Counted from the stretch's first letter, positions 18,312 to 27,766 are shown. The stretch: DNA of 64,000 bases from Gammaproteobacteria bacterium (GCA_030680605.1 JAUXUQ010000002.1:257536-321535); one strand, 5' to 3'. Translations and numbers: made by a program. The notes: generated from the sequence alone by a model not told the origin.

Positions 18312-19058
18312 ATGCTGCTTCAAAGCATTCCCATCAAGGTTACCCTGGCCAACCTCAAGTCCAGTTGTGCAAGCTGCCCACTCCATGAACTGTGTCTGCC
18401 CATGGGGCTCAGCGCCGGTGATACCGAACGGCTTGACCAGATCGTCAATGTGCGTCGCAAAAACAAACGTGGCGATTACCTGTATCGCAGCGGGCGGACA
18501 TTTGGCTCGCTGTACGCCATCAAGAGTGGATTTTTCAAGACTTTCAGCCTGAGTGATGAAGGGCAGGAGAGGATCACCGGCTTCTACATGACCGGTGATC
18601 TGCTGGGTATGGATGCCATCAGTTCCGACCGGCATCACTACAATGCCGTTGCACTGGAGGACGGCGTGGTGTGCGAGATTCCTTTTACGGATCTTGAACG
18701 CCTGGCTGGCTCGATACCCGCGCTTGGACATCACTTTTACAAACTCATGAGCCGTGAGATTGCCCAGGAGCAGCAGCACATGCTGTTGCTCGGCAAGATG
18801 AAGGCCGAGCAGCGGCTGGCTGCATTTCTGCTGAATCTGTCGCAACGCTTTACGCTGCGCGGATTCAGCCCGACCCGGCTTCATCTGTGCATGACGCGTG
18901 AAGAGATCGGCAATTATCTCGGGCTTACACTGGAAACGGTAAGTCGCACCCTTGCCCACTTTCAAGCCGAAGGAATGATAAAGGTCAGCCGCCGCGACGT
19001 GACACTGCGCGACTCTGTCCGTCTCGCGGGACTGCTCGATCACTGGAGTCAGGTATGA
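18312..19058 (+). CDS. fnr: FNR-type oxygen-sensing transcriptional regulator (CRP/FNR family)
   Basis: N-terminal Cys cluster C-x2-C-x5-C (CASCPLHELC) plus a central Cys. cNMP-binding-like fold. C-terminal HTH (ETVSRTLAHFQAEGMI). Confidence 0.85.
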   Translation: MLLQSIPIKVTLANLKSSCASCPLHELCLPMGLSAGDTERLDQIVNVRRKNKRGDYLYRSGRTFGSLYAIKSGFFKTFSLSDEGQERITGFYMTGDLLGMDAISSDRHHYNAVALEDGVVCEIPFTDLERLAGSIPALGHHFYKLMSREIAQEQQHMLLLGKMKAEQRLAAFLLNLSQRFTLRGFSPTRLHLCMTREEIGNYLGLTLETVSRTLAHFQAEGMIKVSRRDVTLRDSVRLAGLLDHWSQV

Positions 19059-19213
19059 GGGGCAGGTTTCGCTGGCCACTGCCAATTTCTGCCCTATCTC
19101 GGTGTGCATGAGGCGCAGCTAAATCCCTGTGCGCCGGAAGCGCTGCACAGGCTGCGTGCTCCACATGCTGAAAGATGCTTTTAAACTGATCCTCCAAATT
19201 TACGCCTGTGAGA

Positions 19214-20560
19214 TTAAATAGCGCAAGATCGGTCATGGGAGTGCTCCCTGAGCGCAGAGGATACGGCTGCATCGACATCGGCCGGCATCATGGTTGCAAG
19301 ATTCAATCCGCGCGCGATACGCAGGCCGTAGTCGTTGTCGGCCTGCGTGAAATGCGCCAGCTGTCGTAACTGGATATCGCGTTCGGCAAGCTGAAGTGCG
19401 TGAACGATATTGGTCGCGAGATGTGTCTTCGCATCTTCGCTCAGCGCCCGGAAGTACGCACCGGCCTGGGCGTAGTCGTCATGTGGCCTGGTCGCTTCAG
19501 TTGTCGCCTTGAGCATGTGAGGGTTGTCTGCGTCCAGACCGTCCAACTGAGGCTGCAAATGCAGCGGTGTGGCATTGCGTGTGTTGGTGTGCCAGGCCGC
19601 CAGGTAGGGCAGCATGCTATTGGCAGGCAATCCGATGCCGGGTACCACATGGGCAGGCGAGAAGCTGGCCTCGCCTACTGTGCGGGCGTAATCCTCCGGG
19701 TTACGATTGAGCACGAGACGACCTGCCGGGATGAGTGGATAGTCGGTGACAGGCCATATGCGGGTCGGATCGCAGGGGTCAAAGGGGCAAGCGGCCGCAT
19801 CCTCGTCCGGCATGATCTGCACGAGCATCCTCCACGCCGCTGTACCGCCCTTGTTCAGGGTCGTCAGCAGGTCCCAGGTTGTGTAATTGGGGTTATCCGC
19901 CGCACGCTGCATGGCCCGTTTTAGGTCGATGTTCTCTTTCCCCTGCTCTGTTTCGAAGTGGTACTTCACCCACACTGTCTCGCCTGCTTGATTAACCCAC
20001 CTCGCTACGTGTGCGCCATATGCATCCATGTGCCGGAAAGACCTGGGTGTGCCATCGTCGGAAAACAGCAGCGTCAGCAGGGAGGTTGCCTCGGGCGTGC
20101 GCGAGAGAAAATCCCAGATCCGGTTCGGGTCTTTGCGGTTGAGCACGCTGTGCGTTTTCTGGCTGCGCACCAGGGACTCATATTTGGCCGGGTCGCGTAT
20201 GAAAAACAAGGGCATATTGCCGCCGATGATGTCGTAGACTCCTTGCTCCGTGTGCAGCTTGAGTGCGATGCCGTATATTTCGCGCGCGCCGTCGGCCACA
20301 TGCCTGCCCCCCGACGGTACGGTAAACCGCATGAATACGGGTGTGCGCTTGTGCGCTTTGGCAAGAAACTGCGCGCTGCACCAAGGTGTGAGGTCGTCGG
20401 TGGCCTCGAAATAGCCATAGGCGCCGGCACTGAACAGCTGTGGTACGCCCCTGGAGCAGGCCGCGCTGGGTGTGGGCTCTGCGTGGCCTGAAGACTGGGG
20501 GCGTCTGTTTTCAGGGCGCGAGGCAGGTTTTAAAGCGACTACATTGGCTGTCGTGCGCAT
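19214..20560 (-). CDS. Catalase-family (catalase-related) protein lacking the canonical N-terminal distal-His RERIPERVVHAKG segment
   Basis: Strong similarity to the catalase core (YGYFEAT, PLFFIRDPAKYESLV...KDPNRIWDFLS, FSDDGTPRSFRHMDAYG, WVKYHFETEQG). The normally upstream heme-distal His motif is not evident. Start chosen at MRTTAN. Confidence 0.7.
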   Translation of the reverse strand: MRTTANVVALKPASRPENRRPQSSGHAEPTPSAACSRGVPQLFSAGAYGYFEATDDLTPWCSAQFLAKAHKRTPVFMRFTVPSGGRHVADGAREIYGIALKLHTEQGVYDIIGGNMPLFFIRDPAKYESLVRSQKTHSVLNRKDPNRIWDFLSRTPEATSLLTLLFSDDGTPRSFRHMDAYGAHVARWVNQAGETVWVKYHFETEQGKENIDLKRAMQRAADNPNYTTWDLLTTLNKGGTAAWRMLVQIMPDEDAAACPFDPCDPTRIWPVTDYPLIPAGRLVLNRNPEDYARTVGEASFSPAHVVPGIGLPANSMLPYLAAWHTNTRNATPLHLQPQLDGLDADNPHMLKATTEATRPHDDYAQAGAYFRALSEDAKTHLATNIVHALQLAERDIQLRQLAHFTQADNDYGLRIARGLNLATMMPADVDAAVSSALREHSHDRSCAI

Positions 20561-20637
20561 GCGTCTTTCCTCCCTGGCTTGGCCCAACTCGGGATGTACA
20601 TCTTTATTCAGAATAATCCGGCCGCAAATGTGTCGCC

Positions 20638-20651
20638 TTGATGTAGATCAA
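20638..20651. promoter_or_regulatory. Perfect FNR/CRP-family box TTGAT-GTAG-ATCAA upstream of the catalase-like gene
   Basis: Exact palindromic consensus, centred ~45-85 bp upstream of the candidate start codons of the minus-strand gene. Confidence 0.55.
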
Positions 20652-20805
20652 ACAGAATGGATTCTCCAATGGTGCTTCAGGGGCCGCTGTTTATCTGTAC
20701 CCGGTGGATAAGGCGTGCGACTGTAGGAGAGGCCGGGCACATGCCGCGTGCATCATACGCAAGGCAGCCCGCGCCAAATGAGCGATCAGCTCTTCATCGA
20801 GGAAG

Positions 20806-20819
20806 TTGATCTATATCAT
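20806..20819. promoter_or_regulatory. Near-perfect FNR-type box TTGAT-CTAT-ATCAT upstream of the alpha-glucan phosphorylase gene
   Basis: 9/10 match to TTGAT-N4-ATCAA, centred ~71 bp upstream of the ATG at 20884. Confidence 0.45.
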
Positions 20820-20883
20820 GCTACGGTCGTGAAGAGTCGCTGTTAGCGTAAACTATGCGTCCCATTCACTGTAGAATTAAACA

Positions 20884-22575
20884 ATGCTCAACCAATTTAT
20901 TCATGAACCCCGCATCGCCTATTTCTCCATGGAGATTGCGCTGCGCAAGGAAATTCCAACTTACAGCGGCGGGTTAGGGGTGCTGGCGGGCGACACGGTG
21001 CGTGCGGCGGCTGATCTTGAATTGCCGCTGGTCGCCGTGACGCTGGCAAGCCGCGCAGGTTATTTCCGCCAGGAAATCAATGCCCAGGGCCGGCAGGTGG
21101 AGCATCCGGATACATGGGAGCCGGCCCGCTGGGCCTCGCGTCTCACGGCAGCGGTGGCTATCCAGATAGAAGGACGTGATGTATGGGTGTGTGGTTGGCT
21201 CTACGAGTTGCAGGGCCATATGAACGGACGCATACCCGTTATCCTGCTCGACACCAGTCTGGCTGAAAACAGCGCGGAGGATCGCGCCATTACCGATCAC
21301 CTGTATGGCGGCGATACCGCCTATCGCCTGAAGCAGGAGATCGTGCTGGGTATTGGGGGTGTGCGCATGCTGCAGGCGCTGGGCTTTACCATTCGTCAAT
21401 ATCACATGAATGAAGGTCACTCCGCGCTGCTGGCGCTGGAGTTGTTGCGCCGTTACGCCTATCCGGCGGAGGATTTGCGCCCCGGCGAGTCACCCTACGA
21501 TGTCCCGCGCGTCAGGGAGCTGTGTAATTTCACTACCCATACGCCGGTCGAGGCGGGGCACGACCAGTTTCCTTATGATCTGGTAACCCGGGTGTTGAAT
21601 GATTTTATTGATCGCGCCACGCTCCAGTCGCTGGCGGGAAAAGACGCGCTTAACATGACCCGGCTGGCGCTCAATCTCAGCCAGTTCGTCAATGGTGTGG
21701 CCAAGCGCCATGCCGAGGTGTCACGGAAACTTTATCCGGGTTACCGTGTGCATGCCGTGACTAACGGCGTGCACCCGTACTCATGGACGTCGCCGCCATT
21801 TGCGAAGCTGTACGATCATTATCTTCCAGGCTGGTGTCATGAGCCGGAGCTATTGTCACGCGCCGATCGTATCCCGGACGAGGCGATCTGGATGGCGCAT
21901 GCCGAGGCGAAGCGCGCGTTGATTGACAAGGTCAAGGAACTGACCTCCGTAGCACTGAGTCCGCACGTCCCCATTCTCGGCTTTGCACGCCGCATGACTG
22001 CCTACAAACGGCCAGACCTGCTGTTTTCAGATCTCGCGAGGCTCAAGGCGATCGCCGACGAGCGCCCGTTTCAGCTGGTGCTTGCGGGCAAGGCGCATCC
22101 GCGCGATGAAGGCGGCAAGCGCCTGATCGCGCTGCTCCATCAATATATGCGTGAACTCGCGGGGAGTATCACCATCGCATACCTGCCCAACTATGACTTG
22201 GACATTGCGGCGGTGATGACGGCAGGCGTTGACGTGTGGCTCAACACGCCGCTCCGCCCCATGGAGGCCTCAGGCACCAGCGGCATGAAGGCCGCCTTCA
22301 ACGGCGTGCCGCAGCTGAGCGTGCTGGATGGCTGGTGGATCGAGGGTTATATTGAGGGTGTAACGGGCTGGGCCGTCGGTGATTCCAGCGAGAAGCATAA
22401 TGGAGAAGATGCGCAATCACTGTACCAGCAGCTGGAGGATAAGGTGTTGCCGCTGTATTACAGCAACCGCGCCGGGTGGATAGGCATGATGAAGGGCGCG
22501 ATCACCAAGAATGCCTCGTATTTCAACAGCCACCGCATGATGCGGCGCTATGCCACGGAAGCCTATATCCGCTGA
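20884..22575 (+). CDS. Alpha-glucan family phosphorylase (short archaeal/MalP-like glycogen phosphorylase)
   Basis: 563 aa. YFSMEIA...[10 protein letters not shown]-terminus. PLP-lysine region ...[15 protein letters not shown]. Confidence 0.8.
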   Translation: MLNQFIHEPRIAYFSMEIALRKEIPTYSGGLGVLAGDTVRAAADLELPLVAVTLASRAGYFRQEINAQGRQVEHPDTWEPARWASRLTAAVAIQIEGRDVWVCGWLYELQGHMNGRIPVILLDTSLAENSAEDRAITDHLYGGDTAYRLKQEIVLGIGGVRMLQALGFTIRQYHMNEGHSALLALELLRRYAYPAEDLRPGESPYDVPRVRELCNFTTHTPVEAGHDQFPYDLVTRVLNDFIDRATLQSLAGKDALNMTRLALNLSQFVNGVAKRHAEVSRKLYPGYRVHAVTNGVHPYSWTSPPFAKLYDHYLPGWCHEPELLSRADRIPDEAIWMAHAEAKRALIDKVKELTSVALSPHVPILGFARRMTAYKRPDLLFSDLARLKAIADERPFQLVLAGKAHPRDEGGKRLIALLHQYMRELAGSITIAYLPNYDLDIAAVMTAGVDVWLNTPLRPMEASGTSGMKAAFNGVPQLSVLDGWWIEGYIEGVTGWAVGDSSEKHNGEDAQSLYQQLEDKVLPLYYSNRAGWIGMMKGAITKNASYFNSHRMMRRYATEAYIR

Positions 22576-22585
22576 ACGTGCGCCT

Positions 22586-23665
22586 TCATTCGGCATGCAT
22601 GGCGACCGGGATGCGGTGGCGCCCGAAGTGGCCGGCCTGTGTGTCGAACCTTCCCGCCAGCGGCGTGTGGCATTGCGGGCACTGGCCCTGCGGCGTTACG
22701 CGGTATTCCAGAATCTCGTACCAGTCACGCACAATAAGCGGCGTCCGGCACTGCGCACAATACGTCGTGTCGCCCTCGGGGTCGTGCACATTGCCGGTGT
22801 ACACGTAATGCAGGCCGGCATTCATGGCGATGCGGCGCGCGCGTTGCAGCGTTGCGGCGGGTGTGGCAGGGATATCGAGCATCTTGTAGTCGGGGTGAAA
22901 GGCGCTGAAGTGCAGCGGCACGTCGGGGCCGAGGTTTTCCATGATCCACTCGCTCATGCGGGTAAGCTCTTCATCGGAGTCATTGTGGCCCGGGATGAGC
23001 AGGGTGGTGATTTCAAACCACACCTGGGTCTCGTGCTTTAGATACTTGAGCGTTTCCAGCACCGGCGCGAGGCGGGCGCCGGTGAGCTTGTAGTAAAACT
23101 CGTCGGTGAACGCCTTCAGGTCGACGTTGGCCGCATCTATTTTGGCGTAGAAATCACGTCGCGGTTCGGCGTGCATATACCCTGCGGTTACTGCCACGGT
23201 CCGAATGCCGCGCGCGTGGCAGGCGTCCGCAACGTCCATCGCATATTCGGCGAAGATCACCGGATCGTTATAGGTAAACGCCACGCTCTTGCAGCCGAGG
23301 TCGCGGGCCTTGCGCGCGATGGCTTCCGGACTTGCCTCGTCGGTCAGGCGGTCAAAGTCGCGCGATTTTGAAATATCCCAGTTCTGGCAAAACTTGCAGG
23401 CGAGATTGCAGCCTGCGGTGCCGAAGGAAAATACGCTGCTACCGGGGTAGAAATGGTTGAGCGGCTTCTTCTCGATCGGATCTATGCAGAAACCGGATGA
23501 GCGCCCGTAGGTTGTCAGCACCATCTGGTCGCCGATGCGGCTGCGCACAAAGCAGGCGCCGCGCTGGCCCTCGTGCAGCTTGCAGTCGCGCGGGCAGAGA
23601 TCGCACTGGATGCGTCCGTCGTCCAGTTTGTGCCAGTAGCGGCCGGGAAAGTTCTCGTTAGTCAT
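22586..23665 (-). CDS. amrS: AmmeMemoRadiSam system radical SAM enzyme (AmrS)
   Basis: CDLCPRDC and CNLACKFCQNW radical-SAM cluster motifs. C-terminal CxxC...CxxC. Last gene of the amrB-amrA-amrS trio. Confidence 0.85.
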   Translation of the reverse strand: MTNENFPGRYWHKLDDGRIQCDLCPRDCKLHEGQRGACFVRSRIGDQMVLTTYGRSSGFCIDPIEKKPLNHFYPGSSVFSFGTAGCNLACKFCQNWDISKSRDFDRLTDEASPEAIARKARDLGCKSVAFTYNDPVIFAEYAMDVADACHARGIRTVAVTAGYMHAEPRRDFYAKIDAANVDLKAFTDEFYYKLTGARLAPVLETLKYLKHETQVWFEITTLLIPGHNDSDEELTRMSEWIMENLGPDVPLHFSAFHPDYKMLDIPATPAATLQRARRIAMNAGLHYVYTGNVHDPEGDTTYCAQCRTPLIVRDWYEILEYRVTPQGQCPQCHTPLAGRFDTQAGHFGRHRIPVAMHAE

Positions 23666-24246
23666 AGTGTGCCCGATGCTGTCCCGGCTTCAGCCAATGA
23701 ATCCCGTTCATGCCATTTGCGTACGGTGTAGCGGTAGACCTCGATTTCCTGCGCCCAGAAATCAGCGGGCAAGCCCGCTTTTTGCTTGAGCTCGCGCAGG
23801 AAATCGCGCGTACCGGGCAGGTGTTGCCACACCTGCGGCAGGAAGGTGCCGCGTTGCGCGCCGTAGCGCAGCACCACGCCATCGGTGTGAGGCCGCAGTT
23901 GCGCGTGCAGATCGGACTCGTCCTTGAAATCCAGCGGCTCCATCCGCGAGAGCAGTGAAATCTCGATGCACGTGTGCGGCAGTTCGGGGGCGGTCAACGG
24001 TATAAAGCGCGGATCGTGGAACGCGGCGGCGACCGCGTTGGCGCGCACGTCTTCCATGAGCGGGCGATGTGCCTCAAGTGTGCCGATGCACCCACGCAGC
24101 CTGTCATGCTGCGTGAGCGTGACGAAGCACGCACCGCGCTCGCGGAGCCAGTCCGCCGCAGCTGGGTTGGCGGCTGGCCCACCCAGCGCCGCGTGGATAC
24201 TGGCGCGTGCAAGGCCAAGCAGGATTGCGCCTTGCTCAGTGTGCAT
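23662..24246 (-). CDS. amrA: AMMECR1-domain protein (AmrA)
   Basis: AMMECR1 core ...GACFVTL...LRGCIGT.... Sits between the Memo-like and radical-SAM genes. Confidence 0.8.
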   Translation of the reverse strand: MHTEQGAILLGLARASIHAALGGPAANPAAADWLRERGACFVTLTQHDRLRGCIGTLEAHRPLMEDVRANAVAAAFHDPRFIPLTAPELPHTCIEISLLSRMEPLDFKDESDLHAQLRPHTDGVVLRYGAQRGTFLPQVWQHLPGTRDFLRELKQKAGLPADFWAQEIEVYRYTVRKWHERDSLAEAGTASGTL

Positions 24247-25051
24247 GTGTCTCGTCCTCATAAAATGCAAAGGCGCTGTAGCCCACGACCTGATCGCGCG
24301 GCCCGGCGGTGTCGCCGGAATTGCGCAGATCGAGCAGCGTGGAGCGCAACCGGCGTCTGCGCGCGACCGCCAACAAGCCGTTTACCGGCGTGGCGCCGCA
24401 GGCCTGTTCGTGCGTCAGCGTTCCCGGGCCGAGGGCAAGAATCTGCTGCGCCGTTGCTCCGTCCACGTCGCACGCGGTGGCGTAGGACAGATAGTGTGAA
24501 AGGTCGGAACTGATTACGATGAGGGTTTCCGCCCCGCCCCACAATGCGTCTATCACCTCGGCCACCTCGTCGGGCGTGGCATCGCCCACGGCCAGTGGCA
24601 CTATGCTGAAATCACCCAGCAGGCGTTGCAGGAACGGCAACTGCACTTCGAGTGAGTGCTCCAGCGCGTGCGCGGCGGCGCTTACGCCGACCTGCGGCAG
24701 ATGCGCGATGGCATGCATAGCATCAGCATCCACCGGGATCACGCCGAGCGGCGTTGCCAGGGCCTGCGCCTCCGGCAGCGCGAGTCCGCGTATCGGCACG
24801 CGATGTACCGGCCCGAGCAGTACCACGCGGCGGATCCTGTGTGCCGCCTGCCTCAGGCGCGCATAGGCGCTCGCTGCGACTGGCCCGGAGTACACATAAC
24901 CCGCATGCGGCACGATGATCACTTTAGGCGCTGTCTCGGAAAATTCATTACTCACGGCACTCAATAACTCATCTACCGTGCGTACAAGCTCGGTGGGGCG
25001 GGCGGGGTAAAAACTGCCGGCAACGGCAGGTGGACGGATAGTATGTGACAT
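24236..25051 (-). CDS. amrB: AmmeMemoRadiSam system protein B (MEMO1-family)
   Basis: Start motif PAVAGSFYP, HAGYVYSG, HSLEVQLPFL, typical of Memo-like proteins. Confidence 0.8.
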   Translation of the reverse strand: MSHTIRPPAVAGSFYPARPTELVRTVDELLSAVSNEFSETAPKVIIVPHAGYVYSGPVAASAYARLRQAAHRIRRVVLLGPVHRVPIRGLALPEAQALATPLGVIPVDADAMHAIAHLPQVGVSAAAHALEHSLEVQLPFLQRLLGDFSIVPLAVGDATPDEVAEVIDALWGGAETLIVISSDLSHYLSYATACDVDGATAQQILALGPGTLTHEQACGATPVNGLLAVARRRRLRSTLLDLRNSGDTAGPRDQVVGYSAFAFYEDETHAH

Positions 25052-25154
25052 AGGGCAGATATGGGGGCGTACGGCGCCTATCTCAAGGTTGCAGCGCACC
25101 GGTGCGAGTGTTTTCGAGGCTGGACCAAGCGTAGTCGAAGGGCTCAGGATGAGT

Positions 25155-26879
25155 TCACAGCGTGCGCGCCAACAAGGCGCGCAATTCCTTGAGCGGGCGC
25201 GTGTTCAGGACGTCGCCCTTCTCCAGCCAGCCACGCCGCGCCTGGCCCACGCCAAAGCGCAAATTGTCGAACTGGTTTGCGCTGTGTGCATCGGAGTTGA
25301 TGGCGACCAGCACGCCTTCCTCTTTTGCCATCTGGGCGTAGATGTCGAGCAGGTCGAGCCGTTCCGGGTGCGCATTGATCTCCAGAAAACAGCCACGTTC
25401 GCGCGCATGGCGGATGATGCGCAGCATGTCGGCATCATAGGGGGCGCGCTCCTCGATCAGGCGCCCGGTGGGGTGGGCAAGGATGGAGAAGTGCGGATGA
25501 TCCATCGCCTTCAGAATGCGTGTAGTCTGTTTGGCCCGAGAGAGATTGAAGTGGCTGTGCACTGCAGCAACCACGATATCGAGTTGCCCCAGTAAATTAT
25601 CCGGCAAATCCAGCGCACCGTCTTCCAGAATGTCCACCTCGATGCCCTTGAGCAGCGTGATGCCTTTGAGTCTGGCATTCAGCCGGTCGATCTCGCCCAT
25701 CTGTGCCAGTAGTCGTTGTGGAGTGAGGCCATGAGCGATTGTGAGGTGGCGAGAGTGTTCAGTGATGGCGAGATATTCAAGGCCGTGTTGCCTCGCCGCC
25801 TCTGCCATTTCGCGCAGCGTATTGCGCCCGTCGGTGGCCTTGGTATGCGCATGCAGGTCGCCGCGCAGATCGGCGAGTTGGATCAGCCTGGGCAGCCGGT
25901 GCGCGCGCGCCGCTTCGATTTCGCCACGGTTTTCGCGCAGCTCCGGTTCGATATAGGGCAGGCCGACGGCTGCATATACCGATTCTTCGGTTTGGCCCGC
26001 GATGCGCTGTTTGCCGCGGAATACACCGTACTCGTTGATCTTGAGACCCATCTCCTGACCGATCTTGCGAATCGTGATGTTGTGCGATTTGCTGCCGGTA
26101 AAATAGTGCAGCGCGGCGCCGTACGCCTGTTGCGCCACCACGCGGATGTCCACCTGCAGTTTGGAGCGAAGGCGCACTGTGGCGCGCGTGGTGCCCTTGG
26201 ATACAACTTCCGCCACTTCGTCATAGTTGACGAAACGATCCATGACCGGGCTGCTACGACTCGCGGTGACGAGGATATCGAGGTCGCCCACGGTTTCCTT
26301 GCAACGGCGAAAACTTCCCGCCACGATCACCTGCTGTACACTGGGCACGGCCTTGAGGTAATCCACCAGCCGTTCGCCATATTGTGCCGCCAGCGCCAGC
26401 TTGAAGCGAGCGGTGGTACCGGCTTGCATATCGATGGCATGCAGTATTTTTGCTTCGGTCTTCTCGCCAAATCCGTGCAGAAGTCGGATGCGTCCGTCGC
26501 GCGCGGCGCGCGCCAGTTGGTCGAGCGAGTGGATGTCCAGTTCGTGGTAGAGAACCTTGACCTTCTTCGGGCCGAGGCCGGGGAGTTTGAGCAATTCGAC
26601 GAGCGCGGGCGGAGTCTGTTTTTTCAGCTTGCGCAGCAGGGCGCAGGTGCCGGTGTCGACGATCTCGCGTATTTTTGCGGCAAGGTCGTCGCCGATGCCG
26701 GGCAGATCGGTGAGATCGGCACCGCCCGCGATCATGGCGCCCGCTTCGCGGTTGAGGTCGCTGATCACGCGCGCGGCATTGCGGTAGGCGCGGATCCGGA
26801 ACGGATTGGCGCCTTCGATTTCCAGCAGGCCCGCGATCTCCTCAAACACCGCTGCGATGTCAGTGTTATGGACGACCAT
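25155..26879 (-). CDS. polX: DNA polymerase/3'-5' exonuclease PolX (family X polymerase + PHP phosphoesterase domain)
   Basis: 574 aa. HhH and PolX core (GSFRRCKETVGDLDILV). C-terminal PHP domain (DLHAHT...EHS...HP). Confidence 0.9.
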   Translation of the reverse strand: MVVHNTDIAAVFEEIAGLLEIEGANPFRIRAYRNAARVISDLNREAGAMIAGGADLTDLPGIGDDLAAKIREIVDTGTCALLRKLKKQTPPALVELLKLPGLGPKKVKVLYHELDIHSLDQLARAARDGRIRLLHGFGEKTEAKILHAIDMQAGTTARFKLALAAQYGERLVDYLKAVPSVQQVIVAGSFRRCKETVGDLDILVTASRSSPVMDRFVNYDEVAEVVSKGTTRATVRLRSKLQVDIRVVAQQAYGAALHYFTGSKSHNITIRKIGQEMGLKINEYGVFRGKQRIAGQTEESVYAAVGLPYIEPELRENRGEIEAARAHRLPRLIQLADLRGDLHAHTKATDGRNTLREMAEAARQHGLEYLAITEHSRHLTIAHGLTPQRLLAQMGEIDRLNARLKGITLLKGIEVDILEDGALDLPDNLLGQLDIVVAAVHSHFNLSRAKQTTRILKAMDHPHFSILAHPTGRLIEERAPYDADMLRIIRHARERGCFLEINAHPERLDLLDIYAQMAKEEGVLVAINSDAHSANQFDNLRFGVGQARRGWLEKGDVLNTRPLKELRALLARTL

Positions 26880-26920
26880 GATTCATGCTCATGTGACGCA
26901 ATGCCAACGCTGTAGCCTGG

Positions 26921-27370
26921 CTACACCTTTCTCTTTTTCTCCTGCGCCTGCTCGCGTGAGATGAGCTTGGCTAGCGCCGACAGTTCCTCGGCCAGCAGCT
27001 CGATAATATCGTCCAGTGCGAGTATGCCGACCAGACCACCGCTGGCATTCACTACCGGCAGTCTGCGTACGCCCTTCATGCGCATGAGCTGAATGGTTTC
27101 GAAGACGCCATCCGTGTCACGGGCGCTGGCGAGCTCGAAGCTCATGATATCGCCCACGCTGACCTTGTCGAGATCAACATTTTTTGCCACTACCTCAACG
27201 ACGATGTCACGATCGGTCAGGATCCCGACCGGCACTCTCTGGGCGTCTTTCTCGTCCACCACCAGCACATTGCCGACATGATGCTGACGCATGAGTTGCG
27301 CGGCCTCGCGCACGGAGTCTTCCCGGCGCACGAATACCACTGCACGACTGCAGAGTTCACCGATGGGCAT
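26921..27370 (-). CDS. CBS-domain pair protein
   Basis: Two CBS motifs (VGILTDRDIV, GLVGILALDDII). 149 aa. Confidence 0.8.
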   Translation of the reverse strand: MPIGELCSRAVVFVRREDSVREAAQLMRQHHVGNVLVVDEKDAQRVPVGILTDRDIVVEVVAKNVDLDKVSVGDIMSFELASARDTDGVFETIQLMRMKGVRRLPVVNASGGLVGILALDDIIELLAEELSALAKLISREQAQEKKRKV

Positions 27371-27499
27371 AATGCCTCCTGTTGCGTAGGATTACCCTGC
27401 AGATCATGAGGGCAGACAGGCAGGGCTGCAAGGCCGCTGCTAAAATTACGGGCGCGACAAAGCAGCAGGGTGCAGGTAACAAAGGTAGGGCTTGCTGAA

Positions 27500-27645
27500 A
27501 AATGGCGTCCCCAAGGGGATTACTCGCGCCATCCATGGCGCTCGCCCTTCGGGCCAGCGTCGCTTCACGACGCTGTTCCGCGCACGCTCCCGGCGTGCGC
27601 AGGTCGAACCTTCGGTTCTCATCCCCTTGGGGAAAGCAGTACACA
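27500..27645 (+). ncRNA. Candidate structured RNA or tRNA-Glu-derived element. A 13-bp long-range helix (TCCCCAAGGGGAT/ATCCCCTTGGGGA) encloses five hairpins, two of them capped by C(UUCG)G tetraloops on the + strand. Starts with a 21-nt duplicate of the tRNA-Glu 3' end.
   Basis: Hairpins read directly: GCGCCA..TGGCGC; GCC-cTTCGg-GC; CAGCGTCG-cttca-CGACGCTG; GCGCACGC-tcccg-GCGTGCGC; GAACC-TTCG-GGTTC. AATGGCGTCCCCAAGGGGATT at 27500-27520 equals 27689-27709. A bidirectional terminator follows. Confidence 0.35.
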
Positions 27646-27647
27646 AA

Positions 27648-27688
27648 AAAGCGGGGCGCCTGAAAGTAGGCGCCCCGCTTTATTTGTT
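27648..27688. terminator. Bidirectional rho-independent terminator (GCGGGGCGCC-tgaaagta-GGCGCCCCGC flanked by A-run/T-run)
   Basis: 10-bp GC stem with U-runs on both strands. Terminates the minus-strand tRNA-Ala/tRNA-Glu unit and potentially the plus-strand structured element. Confidence 0.75.
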
Positions 27689-27690
27689 AA

Positions 27691-27766
27691 TGGCGTCCCC
27701 AAGGGGATTCGAACCCCTGTCGCCGCCGTGAAAGGGCAGTGTCCTAGGCCTCTAGACGATGGGGAC
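27691..27766 (-). tRNA. tRNA-Glu (anticodon TTC), CCA encoded
   Basis: Reverse complement GTCCCCATCGTCTAGAGGCCTAGGACACTGCCCTTTCACGGCGGCGACAGGGGTTCGAATCCCCTTGGGGACGCCA. Near-identical to E. coli tRNA-Glu. Confidence 0.95.

Noticed and set aside
27500-27766. Duplicated tRNA-Glu 3' end interpreted as attL/attR of an integrated genomic island
   Set aside because: The two copies are only ~170 bp apart and no integrase or cargo lies between them. A structured RNA or miniature element is more plausible than a classical tRNA-integrated island.
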